A stretch of DNA of 64,000 nt from Octopus vulgaris (taxonomy: Eukaryota), in assembly GCA_951406725.2 (NCBI GenBank), contig OX597822.1, positions 30,504,001-30,568,000 on the forward strand, written 5' to 3'. This document shows, piece by piece, positions 1 through 13,589 of this stretch (position 1 is its first letter; each line of letters opens with the position of its first letter). The notes under the pieces were generated by a model. It did no database searches, was not told where the DNA came from, and worked only from the letters and a program-made list of their open reading frames with translations. The translations under genes were made by a program, and so were the position numbers.

Positions 1-64
1 GAATAAAAAAACGTGAACAAGTAAGGGGTTAGAAGTATTTTCCACGTACAGGACTGGTATCATC

Positions 65-478
65 TATCTTTTATTTGTTTCAGTTATCAAATGTGGCCTT
101 GATGGAGCAACCACTCGAAGATTTTCGTAGAACAAATCTACCCCACGCTTATCTTTAAGTCGCATACTTAATCTGTTGATCGAAATTTAAGTAATGTGAA
201 CGTTAACAAACCAATATCGGTTGTCAGGTAATGTATGTGTGTGGTGGACAAATATACGTACGTGAGCAAACACACACACACACACACGTACACACAAATA
301 CGCACACATATGTAAATGTGACAGGCATCCACTCAGTTTCCTTCAACCAAATTTATTCACAAGGCATTGGTCGGTCTGGGACTATAGTAGAAGACACTTG
401 ACCGAGGCACAGTAGGACTGAACCCCAAACAACGTGGTGGCAAAGGAAGCATCCTACTCACATAACCGTGCCTGCACC
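65..478 (-). mobile_element. SINE family B, diverged
   Basis: gactatagtagaagacacttg and ggactgaacc motifs in reverse orientation. Confidence 0.7.
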
Positions 479-1011
479 AGTAATTCATTATTTATCGACT
501 TCAAACTGACGAAAGCAAGATCTGACCCACGTGTGAGTTGATCTCAGAAAACAGAGATCCGAAACAATATTGCAAACACCTCTACAACTTTGTCAGGAAA
601 CAATCTTACTGTCATTTCCTTGTTTATTTACGAACTTTCATATGCGTTGTAGACTACTACTTGTCTGCTTGTATTCCATCTTATACTTTATTTTTCTGAA
701 CAGTTAAATTTCTCAAGCAATATCTATCAAATTATGCAGGATCTGCATAGCTGCGCACTCACTGTGCACTCACTGTACGCTAACATAAGAAATATATTCA
801 GCGTTTTTCGTTCTAATATTAAGCGTGCGACTCGGATATATAGGTTTATTTTGGGAAAACCATTAAACAAGAACTTTGCATACATAATTAATTCAACAAC
901 TACTTCAGTTTTCATTGGAAGATAATCTGAAGAAAAATAACAAATTGTGCTTACACATACATACACACACAAGCGCACGCGTAAAAGCATATCTATCTTA
1001 ATATTCACAAG

Positions 1012-1118
<107 letters not shown>

Positions 1119-2553
1119 ATACACAATCCTTTGTATCCATGTTTACGTGCATACCAGCACACAGATGTGAGAGGGGGTGCGTGTGAAAGGAAACAACGAG
1201 AATGGACGAAAGAGAGCCGATTTGTATACAGTTAGTGAAAATATAACAGGCAAACACTAAAAACAAAATATTCTGAATTACCTACACCGTCGTTGATTGT
1301 AAAGAACATAACAGTAATGTCTATTACCATGTTAACTACAAGGACAAGTAAATAGGTTGATAGGTATGTGAGTGGATGGACAGTAGAGCAGGCAGAGACG
1401 GTTGTGGTTATACAGTAGTTACATAGTTAACGGCATACATTCTTATTAGATGTAGTCAAGAGAAACAGGTTTGATCGTTCGTTCGTATAATGAGTAGTAT
1501 TATCAATTGAAATGGAGGTCCCTGAGCCATAGGGTACAATTTATGTCCCTGTCAGCTACTCCCCCAGCTACAATTTTGTCCCCATTTTCGTTTCACTTTC
1601 GTGGTTATTGCACTTGAGCACCGCATCAACATCATCCAGTCACAGTTTTACTCTCGCTCGCTTTTATATATTACTGTGTTAGAAATCCTTTATTCTTATT
1701 TCGGAATTGTAAGGGTGATAGACTGGCAAAATCATTAAGGAATCGGGCAACATGTCCTATGGTATCTATTTTGCCTTTTTTACGTTCTAAGTTCAAATCC
1801 TGTCGAAATCAATTTTTTTTCTTTCATTCTTATGGTTTTGATAAAATAAAGCATCTCTCAAATAGTGGGGGTCGATATAATCGATTGCTTCGTTCCCTCA
1901 AATTTCTGGACATTGTAATATTGTAGAACTTAAGGTTATGGGTTGGCAAAGATAATCTGAGATCTGGTGGCATGGATGTGGGTGGCTGGTATACATGGGT
2001 GACTGATGCTCTTACATAAACAACCTTGCCTGGTCTAGTGCCTCGGAAGTTAACTTTCTAGGTGCAATCCCATGGTCATTCTTGTCCGAGGAAGGTCTTT
2101 AATCTTTACCCTTTTATACGTATGTATAAAAGCAGGGTAATTGTTTTCCTGATATCTAGTATACAATTGAAACATTTATGCATAGAAAAGTGAGCTGAAT
2201 ACGATTCACGGGTGAGATTTAATTGGTTTATCTTTCCCAGAACTTGCATTACTTAATATTATCGGAGTTGTAAGGCGGTGAGCTGGTAGAAGCGTTAGCA
2301 TGACGGGCGAAATGCTTAGCGATATTTCGTCTGCCGCTACGTTCTGAGTTCAAATTCCACCGAGGTCAACTATGCCTATCATCCTTTCAGGTACTGATGT
2401 CACTCTAATCGACTGGCCCCCAATGTGCCTATAGTAGAGAAGAATATTATTGTAGTTGTTTCGTGTTTTAGATTTTAAATACCACTGTCAGAGGTTCGTG
2501 TCTTCTAGCGATGATCTCAATGAATATTGCATATTTCAGACGCTTCTGCATAT

Positions 2554-2760
2554 TGGCCAGAAGTCACCTGACAATAAATCCATAAATATTATCTGAAATT
2601 CTGAATTGAGTCGAATGGAAAAAATGTGTCGCTCAAGAACTTCAGTTTGAATAGTTTCATGATGTTTCATATTTGGATGCTTTTATTAAATTTATTCAGT
2701 TATTAAACGTAAAAATATCTTGGTTTTGATTTACTTTCAGGTGACTTTTGGCCATCCCTT
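2554..2760. mobile_element. Small MITE, Tc1/mariner-like TIRs
   Basis: tggccagaagtcacctgacaataaatc versus the reverse complement of gatttactttcaggtgacttttggcca. Confidence 0.55.
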
Positions 2761-2929
2761 TATATACAATAACCCACACAGACAGAAAAATATCTTGCTT
2801 ATGTAATTTCTGTTTTTCTTGAGTGGTACAACACATAAGGCGTATAATCCAGATTCAATGTGTAATTGTTCGCTATCACAATATTCCTCGCTAAGACGGA
2901 AGCTGGTACGTTGCAAGGTTCAGGACTGA

Positions 2930-3485
2930 CCAACAATTTGAGGGGAGCGGTTAGTCTGTTTCGTCGACTTCAATATTTGACTAGTATTTTATATTATCGA
3001 TCTCAAAGGGATGAAAGGGAAAGCCGACCACTGCTGGATTTGAATTCAGAATGCAATATACCAGAAGAATTGCCGTTAAGCATTTTGTCCGACGTGCTAA
3101 CGATTCTTATTTCTTTATTGCCCACAAGGGGCTAAACATTGAGGGGACAAACAAGGACAGACAAACGGATTAAGTCGATTAAATCGACCGCAGTGCGTAA
3201 CTGCTACTTAATTTATAGACCCCGAAAGGATGAAAGACAAAGACGACCGCGGCGGAATTTGAACTCAGAACGTAACGGCAGACGAAATACCTATTTCTTT
3301 ACTAACCACAAGGGGCTAAACACAGAGGGGACGAACAAGGACAGGCAAACGTATTAAGTCGATTATATCGACGCCAGTGCGTAACTGGTACTCATTTAAT
3401 CGACCCTGAAAGGATGAAAGGCAAAGTCGACCTCGGCGGAATTTGAACTCAGATCGTAGCGGCAGAGGAAATACCTATTTCTTTA
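2930..3485 (-). mobile_element. SINE family A cluster
   Basis: Reverse-complement copies of the family A body. Confidence 0.8.
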
Positions 3486-3892
3486 CGGTGGACGCGTTTC
3501 TGAGTTAGATATGAAAATGCAAAATTCGCATTTTCAGTTCATTCTCTTCATCAGCACAAGATTTCAATTAATTTTACCCTTTATTATTATTGATAATATA
3601 ATTCTCTCTCTGATAATAAACTACAGTCTTTTTTTCTGTAGAATTTTTTACTCGACAACACACGTGGGTGGGTAAGGGAGATTACGAGACCTCATTCGCA
3701 TATATTGAATTCGTTGGTACTGATCATTAGATATAGTTTGTCTGATGTTACTTGAATCAGATAGGTATGTTTAATTTTTTCAGTGCTCTCAAATTCAAAA
3801 GCTTGAAATCTTGTGCTTATGAAGAGAATGATGGAATGAAAATGCAAATTTTGCATTTTCATATCTATCTAACTCAGAAACACATACACAGG
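3486..3892. mobile_element. Fold-back element with about 80-90-bp inverted arms, each an outward-facing HHR-like motif
   Basis: 3486-3567 is the reverse complement of 3803-3892. The left arm on - reads GTG-CTGATGA-AGAG...CTCA-GAAA-CGC-GTC-CAC. Confidence 0.65.
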
Positions 3893-4167
3893 TAATCAAA
3901 TACTGGGTGAATTTTCGTTGTTTTTTTCCGCTATGCCTTCGTGGGTTGTTTTGAGTATTTGTTGTCTGGGAGTTGCTTCTTATAGTAGAAGAAATAGCTA
4001 AGTTTTTGGGCTGCTATTTCTAAAGTTCGGTATGTGGTTAAGCGAATTTTTTTGATGAACCCTAATTATAATTATACTCATAATTATAAATAAAATATTG
4101 TTTAAGTTTACCGATAATGGTAAACTTAATGGTGTGTATGTATGCATGTATATATACATATGCATAC

Positions 4168-4232
<65 letters not shown>

Positions 4233-4264
4233 TATGTATATATATATGTATGTATATATACATA

Positions 4265-4580
<316 letters not shown>

Positions 4581-4605
4581 CATATATATATATGTGTGTG
4601 TGTGC

Positions 4606-4643
<38 letters not shown>

Positions 4644-6019
4644 GTGTGTGTCTGTGTGTGTGCGTGTGGGTGTGGGTGTGTGTCTGTGTGTGCGTGTGTG
4701 TGTGTGTGTGTGTGTATGCATGTATTCATGAGGTTTCGTGAGAAGTCACTGGGCCTTCTCATGTAGGGAATAGTGGCAAATACATTTCTCTTTTTCGTTA
4801 TTTCTGTTTAATTATATATTTATTATTTCATTATATAGTCATCAAGGTATATAATCATGTGTATGATGAAATGCGACCCAATAAGAAAATTTTACTCTTA
4901 ACAAGGAACTGTAAAGGGAATTTATCGAAACATCGTCTCGGTTGAGAAGAAGTTTCGTAAACTTATTGTTATGCCTGATAGATTTATAGTAAGATAAAAG
5001 ACTGATAAACCTTTTAAAAACAGTTTATGATTTGTTCCAACTCTTATGAAATTTACGAAAAAAAATATAGAAGAAATATAGAAGAGAAAAGGGATTAGTA
5101 AATTACATAACAAATTTTCGGCGCAGTATAGGTGAATGAGCAGAAAAGGTATGGCCTAGTGGTTAGGGTGTTGTTCTGAAAACAGCAAAATCATGGTTTG
5201 GATTCTCAAACTGGAAGACGTGTCATTTAATGTTGCTCCTGTCCACTTAGCTGTAAATAGGTAACTCTATAGCGAACTGGACGGACGGTGTGATGTTGGT
5301 CACTTATACGCCATGGAAATCGGGTAACCGATCCTATCTGTCTAAAGGGTTGATGATGATGATGATGATGATGATGAATGTAATGATGATGGAAGATGTT
5401 TGGCTAAGAAGTTTTCAGCCAATCCATGAGGTCCCGGATTCTATCGTACTGCTTGAGATCTTGGACAAATAATATTTCTTATATCCTCGGATTGACCTGT
5501 ATCTTGTAAAGCATATTGCATAGACTGAAACTGTATAAAAGCTTACCGGGTAGATACTACCTCTGATTGAGAAAGTACAGCCTTCTCACAAGCACGGTGT
5601 CACCCTGATTCTACCCGAAAATTACGTTAAGGGCTCATGTGTCTGTGGGATATTCAGCCAGTTATACCTTAATTCGGAATCAGTTTATTCAGATGATCGA
5701 ACAAATTGATCCTCATCATTGAACTATTGACGTGCAGCATAATCAATTTTATTTTAAGGTTCCTTGAGCAGGGCCGTCTTAGCAGCAGCATAACCCCTTG
5801 GGTAAATCAGTGCAGTGAGCCCAATAGTATTTATTTATTAACAACAACCCATACCATTTATAAATTCGAATTAAGACATGTGTGCCTATCCTTCAAGAGA
5901 GTACTATCCATGAATCGCAGGAAAGATTTGGAAACCACCAATGTATAGATTTATACAGCTATGAAACGTAACAAAATTGTTCTTAAACGAGAAAGACTTC
6001 AATATATTTCGAGAAGAAT

Positions 6020-6600
6020 GCGGTGAGCTGGCAGAAACGTTAGTACGCCAGGCGAAATGCTTAGCGGTATTTCGTCTGCTGCTATGTTCTGAGTTCAAAT
6101 TCCACCGAGGTCAATTTTGCTTTTCATCCTTTCGGGGTCGATTAAATAAGTACCAGTTACGCACTGGGGTCGATGTAATCGACTTAATCCGTTTGTCTGT
6201 CCTTGTTTGTCCCCTCTGTGTTTAGCCCCTTGTGGGTAGTAACGAAATAGGTATTTCGTCTGCCGCTATGTTCTGAGTTCAAATTCCGTCGAGGTGGACT
6301 TTTCTTTTCATCCTTTCGCGGTCGATCAAATAAGTACCAGTTACGCACTGGGGTCGATATAATCGACTTAATCCGTTTGTCTGTCCTTGTTTGTCCCCTC
6401 TGTGTTTAGCCCTTTGTGGGTAGTAAAGAAATTGGTATTTCGTTTATTTTTGCGTTCTGAGTTCAAATTCCGGTGAGTTGAACTTTGCCTTTCATCCTTT
6501 CGGGGTCGATAAATTAAGTACCAATTGCGTATCAGGGTCGATCTAATTAACTGGCTCCCTCCCATAAAATTTCGGGCCTTGTGCCTAGAGTAGAAAAAAT
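6020..6600 (+). mobile_element. tRNA-derived SINE family A, trimer
   Basis: Head gcggtgagctggcagaaacgttag, B-box-like gagttcaaattcc, body tttcatcctttcggggtcga; three units. Confidence 0.85.
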
Positions 6601-6610
6601 GTAGTTCGAG

Positions 6611-6872
6611 AAGGCGCGTGGCTTATTGGCTAGGTATTCATTTCTCGATCGTAAGGTCGTGAGTTCGATTCTTGGCGGCGCTTTGTCGAGTCCACTCAGC
6701 TGGCAAAAAGGAGATGTACCCGTAGTATAAAGGTCCAGCCTTTTCACACTCTGTATCTCGCTGGAAATTACTTTAAGGGTATACGTGTCTATGGAGTGCT
6801 CAGTCACTTGCACGTTAATTTCACGAGCAATTTGTTTGGATCAACTGGAACACCTATTGTCGTAAACGACTG
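6611..6872 (+). mobile_element. tRNA-derived SINE, diverged
   Basis: ggcgcgtggcttattgg...gagttcgattc head; body similar to 5570-5720. Confidence 0.6.
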
Positions 6873-7343
6873 CGATCCAGGCAGGCAATACATTTCTAAC
6901 GTCCCCAACCTTCAAATAACACATAAATAAACTCGAGTTTTCATGTTTCTTATTGACTACTATTTTGTTTGTTCGTCTGTCTGTTATTTTTTTCCTGTCT
7001 TTCTCTCTACCCCTCTTTTCTCATTTGTGTAAAACAAAAATGAATTAATATTATTCCTTCTCTTTCTCCCCTCTGTCTTCACCTCTGCTTTTCTGCTTCT
7101 GTCTGTCTCTCATTTGTCCTACCTCTTTCACTATGCTGCCTATATCACAAATTTTTTGTTAGGTTACCTTTCAGCTTTTTTTTATTTTTTCATATCTCGC
7201 TTCACCTTTCCCCTTCCTTTACAATAACAATGACAACTGCAGCGAAATAAAAGCTCACCTGAACACAATAGTAACAATACCTGTACCAACATTTCTCCTG
7301 CGCCTTCAAGTGACAGAATATAAGCTAGAGAGAGGGAAGAGAG

Positions 7344-7382
<39 letters not shown>

Positions 7383-7542
7383 CAAGAATAAGCGGGAGTG
7401 ACTTATTTATTTATTTATTTTGTTGTAAGGAAGAAGGTTAGCAAAAGAGAATGACAGAATAAGAGACAGACAAATAAATAGGTAGAGAGAGAGATTGAGA
7501 TCTAGACAGAAAGGATAAAAAATACAGAGGAAGTAGGATATT

Positions 7543-7594
<52 letters not shown>

Positions 7595-8403
7595 CACACA
7601 ATTAAATAGAAAGTCACAAAACTTTAAGCTAGAAGGTGGAGCGGTAGATGAGCTGGTCTAGATTTACTAAATTATATACAGATTGAAACGAGTGACACCT
7701 GGCTACTAAAGTCATGGGAATCAACAGGTAGACACCAGAAAAAAAGGGGGAAACATCATACCAAGGAAGAATAGCAAAACAAGAAAACAACATTCATATT
7801 AAGAGAAGCAAAGGAATGTACAGGGAAATCATAATACAATAAGTGATAATACGTGTTTCAATCTACGAACATTCATTTGTCAAATACACATTTTACACTA
7901 TATCTTTTTCTATCCTCAATACAAATTTGTACATATAAATATAATATCAGACATTGCTCTCTCTCTATATATATAAACTTATATACATATATACATTAAT
8001 ATACTTATATATATATATATTACATACTTATATTCATATCTTCATATACACATATACATATATAAATATATATACATCATCATCATTTTAGAAAAGATGT
8101 CTTGCTCAACATATAGGATACCTGTTGCCTCAGGAAGGAGATGGCGTCAAACGAGTTATTTATCGCTACTACAAATATTATTATTTATACTTTTGTGTCG
8201 AGCAGGTAAGTTACATTTTTTTAAATGTATTTTATATAAAATGTTTTAACATCATTTCATGTTATAGAAGAAAACCACAGCTTATAGATAGACATGCCTG
8301 TCCGCGTGACACACACACACAAACACATTCACATACACACGTATACACATATACGCACAGACTCAGATACACAACACCCTCGAGCTTAAGTCTCTGTGTG
8401 TTA

Positions 8404-8463
<60 letters not shown>

Positions 8464-9115
8464 GCACACACAAACACTGAATTAGAAAAACAACACTTGA
8501 ATGGAAGAGAAGGTCGAAGGCTAACCGTATATATGTGTGTAAACATACATGCATGCATACATACATACATACATACATACATACGTACATACGTACATAC
8601 ATACATACACACATATATACATACGCAGACACATAGACACACGAATGCCCAAACATACACTTATATATATATATATATACTACAACAAATAAATAAGACA
8701 CACATTCCCTTTACGGCCCCCTGCTTGGGTCACGATGATTGTATAAACTCCAATGCATTTTGAAATATCTGTAGGGATTGCGATCGCATATTATATTTAT
8801 ATTGCGTATATATAGCAGAGTGTATATACAAATACATACAGACATACCTATATGTGTGTGTGTGTGTATGTGTGTGCGTGTGTCATTGCTTTTGTCTCCC
8901 ATCGCCTGTCAATGAGTATTCCTTCTTTGCGTTCCTGTAACTTAGCGGTTCGACAATGGGAAACCCATAGAATAAATAAAAGTCTTTCAAAAACTTAGTT
9001 ACTTGTGTAGATTTATGCGACTAAACCCTTCGCCGCATTTTTCATTCATAATCCCTGTTACATGAACAAAACATAACACGCACACACACGCACACACACA
9101 CACACACACGCACAC

Positions 9116-9195
<80 letters not shown>

Positions 9196-9213
9196 GTGTG
9201 TGTGTTATCTATA

Positions 9214-9266
<53 letters not shown>

Positions 9267-9450
9267 GTTTTGCTATCTATGTAATCACAAGAGGTGTATA
9301 TTATTTAGCACCCTATTATTCATGAGTGTGTCTAAGTATGTATATATACGTACAAAACGTGTCAGCGCACAAACATATACACACATATGTACGTGTATAT
9401 ATATATATACACGTACATATGTTTGTATATGTTTGTGTATATATATATGT

Positions 9451-9512
<62 letters not shown>

Positions 9513-9802
9513 GTATGTATATATGTATGTATGTATATCGAGTCGACAGGAGGAAGGGTGCAACTGCCATTTTCCTGCACGATTCCTTTTCGGCAGATGG
9601 AAATATAACATTCTCAATGGCTACTGTGAATCGGTCAGCGTGCGCAACAAACCAATGATCTGATAGTACCTGGGCTGTATAGGCCACCTCAAGCACCCAT
9701 CCTGCGCTTTTAAAAATACGCCAACAGCATCAAATGCGTTATTCAACAGTGTTTTGTGTGTGTGTGTGTGTATAGGTGTACATACATATGTGTGTACATA
9801 TG

Positions 9803-9909
<107 letters not shown>

Positions 9910-9936
9910 ATGTGTATATATATATGTACATATATA

Positions 9937-9988
<52 letters not shown>

Positions 9989-10038
9989 TATGTGTGCATG
10001 TGTATATATATGCATATATATACATAGATATGTATGTG

Positions 10039-10098
<60 letters not shown>

Positions 10099-11580
10099 GG
10101 GGATCAAAATAAGCAACAAGATATCAAGAAGTGATGCCACACGACCGTTTCAAGCGGCTCCATTTTATTGAACAATGCAATCATTACATCAATTTAAATG
10201 CAGGGCTCTCTTCATCTTCATAAATAAATAAGCAGAATTTTAATCAGTCGAACACATTAATATACTTTCAATCAAATAATCTAATAGAGCAAGAAGATAG
10301 AAAAAATCTAATGTAGCTAAGAATATATTACACTTCCAAGAAATATATGAAGTTTATTGTTGGTCGTAGTTTGTAAAAGAATTTGGTACATTTTAATATA
10401 TTAGTCTTTTTATCAACTACAAATCTAAGAGAGAGGACTGTATCTGTTTAGAATGGAGGGTAGGAGTGAGTTGACAGTTCACAGCTAGGTGTGGCCATAA
10501 ATATTGTGAAGATTTTACGAGTAGTATAAAGTAACTGTCTATAAAAGAGGCTGGATCGGAGAAGACCCCGAATCAAGATATTAATTACCAGTTAAAGGGG
10601 CAAGATGTTAATAAAACCTGTGATGTTAATACAGAAGAAATTTATCTTGGGATACTATATGTGACTGTTTATAAACAATATTGTTCCGTTGTATAAAGAT
10701 AAAATTTAAGATTATCAAAAATGATATAACCAAAATAGATATAATGTGTATATATACGAATTTTCAACATTAAAAATGGAAGATTACATTGAATCAGTTT
10801 ACTATTCATTCATATACATACTTACTAATAAGTAAATCATTTCTTGATATTCTGTTGCTTATTTTGATTTTATTCACCTATAAATAGATATATAATGAAG
10901 TTCCATATAGGTTCAATATACTTATTGGTAGTCTCACTGCAAGCATGACTGGATAAATGTCATGTTTTTTTGGGTGTGAAGTCATGAACTTGGCGTATTA
11001 TTTCATCTGTAGTTAAAGACACAACTGTGTTCTTTTCTCTCAACTTACAATTTGCCTAGACGAAAGAAAATATAATTTTCAATAGGGAATGTGAACTCAA
11101 TTACGACTGGCTTGTTTTAAAGTAGTTACGCCTCACTAAATAGGAAATATGTTAAGTAATTCCTATTAACACGAACCCAAGCACACACACACAGAGTGAG
11201 GCTTACATACACATGCATATGTAGATAGATATATAGAAATAATTAATTGGTAGAACTCAATATCCGTGTGTTTTTGTACGGTGTATAATAGAAATTAATG
11301 ACAAATTAAACACGAATTGCGTAATCACTTTCATTAGCTTGCAGGTGTTTCTGTTTCGTTTCATTGCTTTGAAGAAGTAATGAAATAGAACACAAGCACG
11401 AGTTTATTGACTTATATAGCAGAAACATCTTTAAGCGAATGAAGTGATTATATATATATATATATATATATCATTAATAATAATAGTGATATTAATAATA
11501 ATAATAATAATAAAAATAATAATAATAATAATGATGATGATAATAATATAGAATAATATATAGAAGGAGAAGAAGAAGAA

Positions 11581-11631
<51 letters not shown>

Positions 11632-11947
11632 TAATAATAAATATTGTTTGCCTGGGTTTTGTACAGGTACATGCAGGCATATGAGTATAAATTTCAATCA
11701 TATCCACCTCTTAGTTTAAATACATTTGTATCTGCCCATTGTCCTTATAGTGTCTTCCCCACTGAACACCTGGAAATTGCTAATCTTGTCTTTTAATTGT
11801 CTTAAGCTATCTATAATTTTGTTTCACTTCCACGCATGACTGATCATGTGTAATGCTGAATATATTTGACATATTAGCACAACCCTAATATCGCCAGTTG
11901 ATAAATTTGACAAGCGTATAATTTATCTTTTGCTTCGTGTAAACTGT

Positions 11948-11949
<2 letters not shown>

Positions 11950-11980
<31 letters not shown>

Positions 11981-12225
11981 CTTCTTCTTCTTCTTCTTCT
12001 TCTTCTTCTTCTTCTTCTTCTTCTTCTTCTTCTTCTTCTTCTTCTTCTCTAACACCTTCGCTTCTTCTTCTTCTTCTTCTTCTTCTTCTTCTTCTTCTTC
12101 TCTAACACCATCGCTTCTTCTTCTTCTTCCTCTTCTTCTTCTTCTTCGTCTTCTCTAACACCTTCTCTTCTTCTTCTTCTTCTTCTTCTTCTTCTTCTCC
12201 TTCTCTAACACCTTCGCTTCTTCTT
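11950..12225. repeat. (TTC)n with a recurring tctaacacc(t/a)tc spacer
   Basis: Directly visible; four spacer copies. Confidence 0.9.
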
Positions 12226-12516
12226 TCCTATATCGACATCTAACGGTTGCCATCATATGCATTTCCTTACATCTCCTCCCTCTTCTCTATTTCTTTCCTG
12301 TCTCCTCATTCCCATTATTCGCCGCCCTTACTTCATTCTCATTCCTCTCCCAAACTCCATTTTGTCAACTACCTTAAACCTTATAACAAAACAAAACAAA
12401 ACAAATATATTTAATCTGAATCGCTAACCCAGTTTCTGTAGCCCTAACTGTTGGAACTTGCTTGTCCCATATATTATTTAACATACCAAGCCTTAAGATG
12501 GACACTCCCTCATTAA

Positions 12517-12729
12517 CCCTTTAGTGTTCAGATTATTCTGTCAAATGTGATGTTTGTTTATTTAAAATGGTTTGAATTAATCATGCATTATCTTGTAGTT
12601 TAGAGATTTCAGTGATGTGATTTTTTAGTTTTAAAATGACATGGTAGGGCTGAGGTGAGATCTGGTCAGTTTCAATATAAAACAGGTTAAATATTTTGGC
12701 CAGATATGACCGGTTTGAATGCTAAAGGG
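12517..12729. mobile_element. piggyBac-type MITE
   Basis: TTAA|CCCTTTAGTGTTCA ... TGAATGCTAAAGGG|TTAA: TTAA duplication and CCC/GGG ends. Confidence 0.8.
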
Positions 12730-12936
12730 TTAACGATGTTTCGTGCTAGACAAATCGCAGTCTCTCAATGCCAACATAAGGAGAATTTTCAGACACAGTT
12801 GATATTTTATCAAAACAATCTACCTTAGCGCACACTGATATATGAAAAGCGAGTTCAAATGAAATTATATACACATTTATAAAGAAAAAAAATTATGCAT
12901 ATATGTGTGTGTGTCCCTCTCTCTCACTGTCTCTGT

Positions 12937-12981
<45 letters not shown>

Positions 12982-13079
12982 TGTCCAACGATGGCTTCCC
13001 TAGCCGAAACTTCGAAATCACTCAGTGATATTCTTGTGTAAGAATAATAAATTTGTACACTCTAAAAGTATAGAGTAAA

Positions 13080-13297
13080 CCTTCAGATCAATATGACCGC
13101 GTGTGTACCGTTGGCGATTTTTTCCCCTCCGTCTTCCCTTCTCCGGATCTTTCCTTTTCCTATGTTTCTGACGAAGAGCTCCGCTCGAAACGTAAAACCC
13201 TCCTTCTTCCCTTCCTTCCTGAGCGTCCAATAATACTATATTTGTTTCACGTCCTCGCGTTGTTGTGTTTTCTCTTTGTGTTTTCATGTTTGGATTA

Positions 13298-13302
<5 letters not shown>
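13080..13302 (+). mobile_element. Solo PLE-terminus-like element carrying the intact HHR
   Basis: Shares upstream cagatc..atg and downstream ttcctgagcg...taatac motifs with the PLE terminus; ends in (TA)n. Confidence 0.6.
13164..13198 (+). ncRNA. Minimal type I hammerhead ribozyme with intact core
   Basis: GTTT-CTGACGA-A-GAGC-TCC-GCTC-GAAA-C-GTA-AAAC: stem I GTTT/AAAC, stem II GAGC/GCTC, palindromic ACGT stem III; predicted cleavage after 13194. Confidence 0.8.
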
Positions 13303-13365
<63 letters not shown>

Positions 13366-13589
13366 TATGTATGCGTATATATAGACATACAAGTACATAC
13401 CTACATATATATGTATGTATACATACATATATGGGTACAGGACATCAAAAGAACGTTGAACACAATGAGAAACGAAAACATAAAAATAAAAACATAGAAC
13501 CAAACTTTTTTTTGAACAACGAAAAAAACAGAGAAACGAGACATACAACATAAAGAATATTCCCCTTCTTCCATCTATTCCGCGTTATA

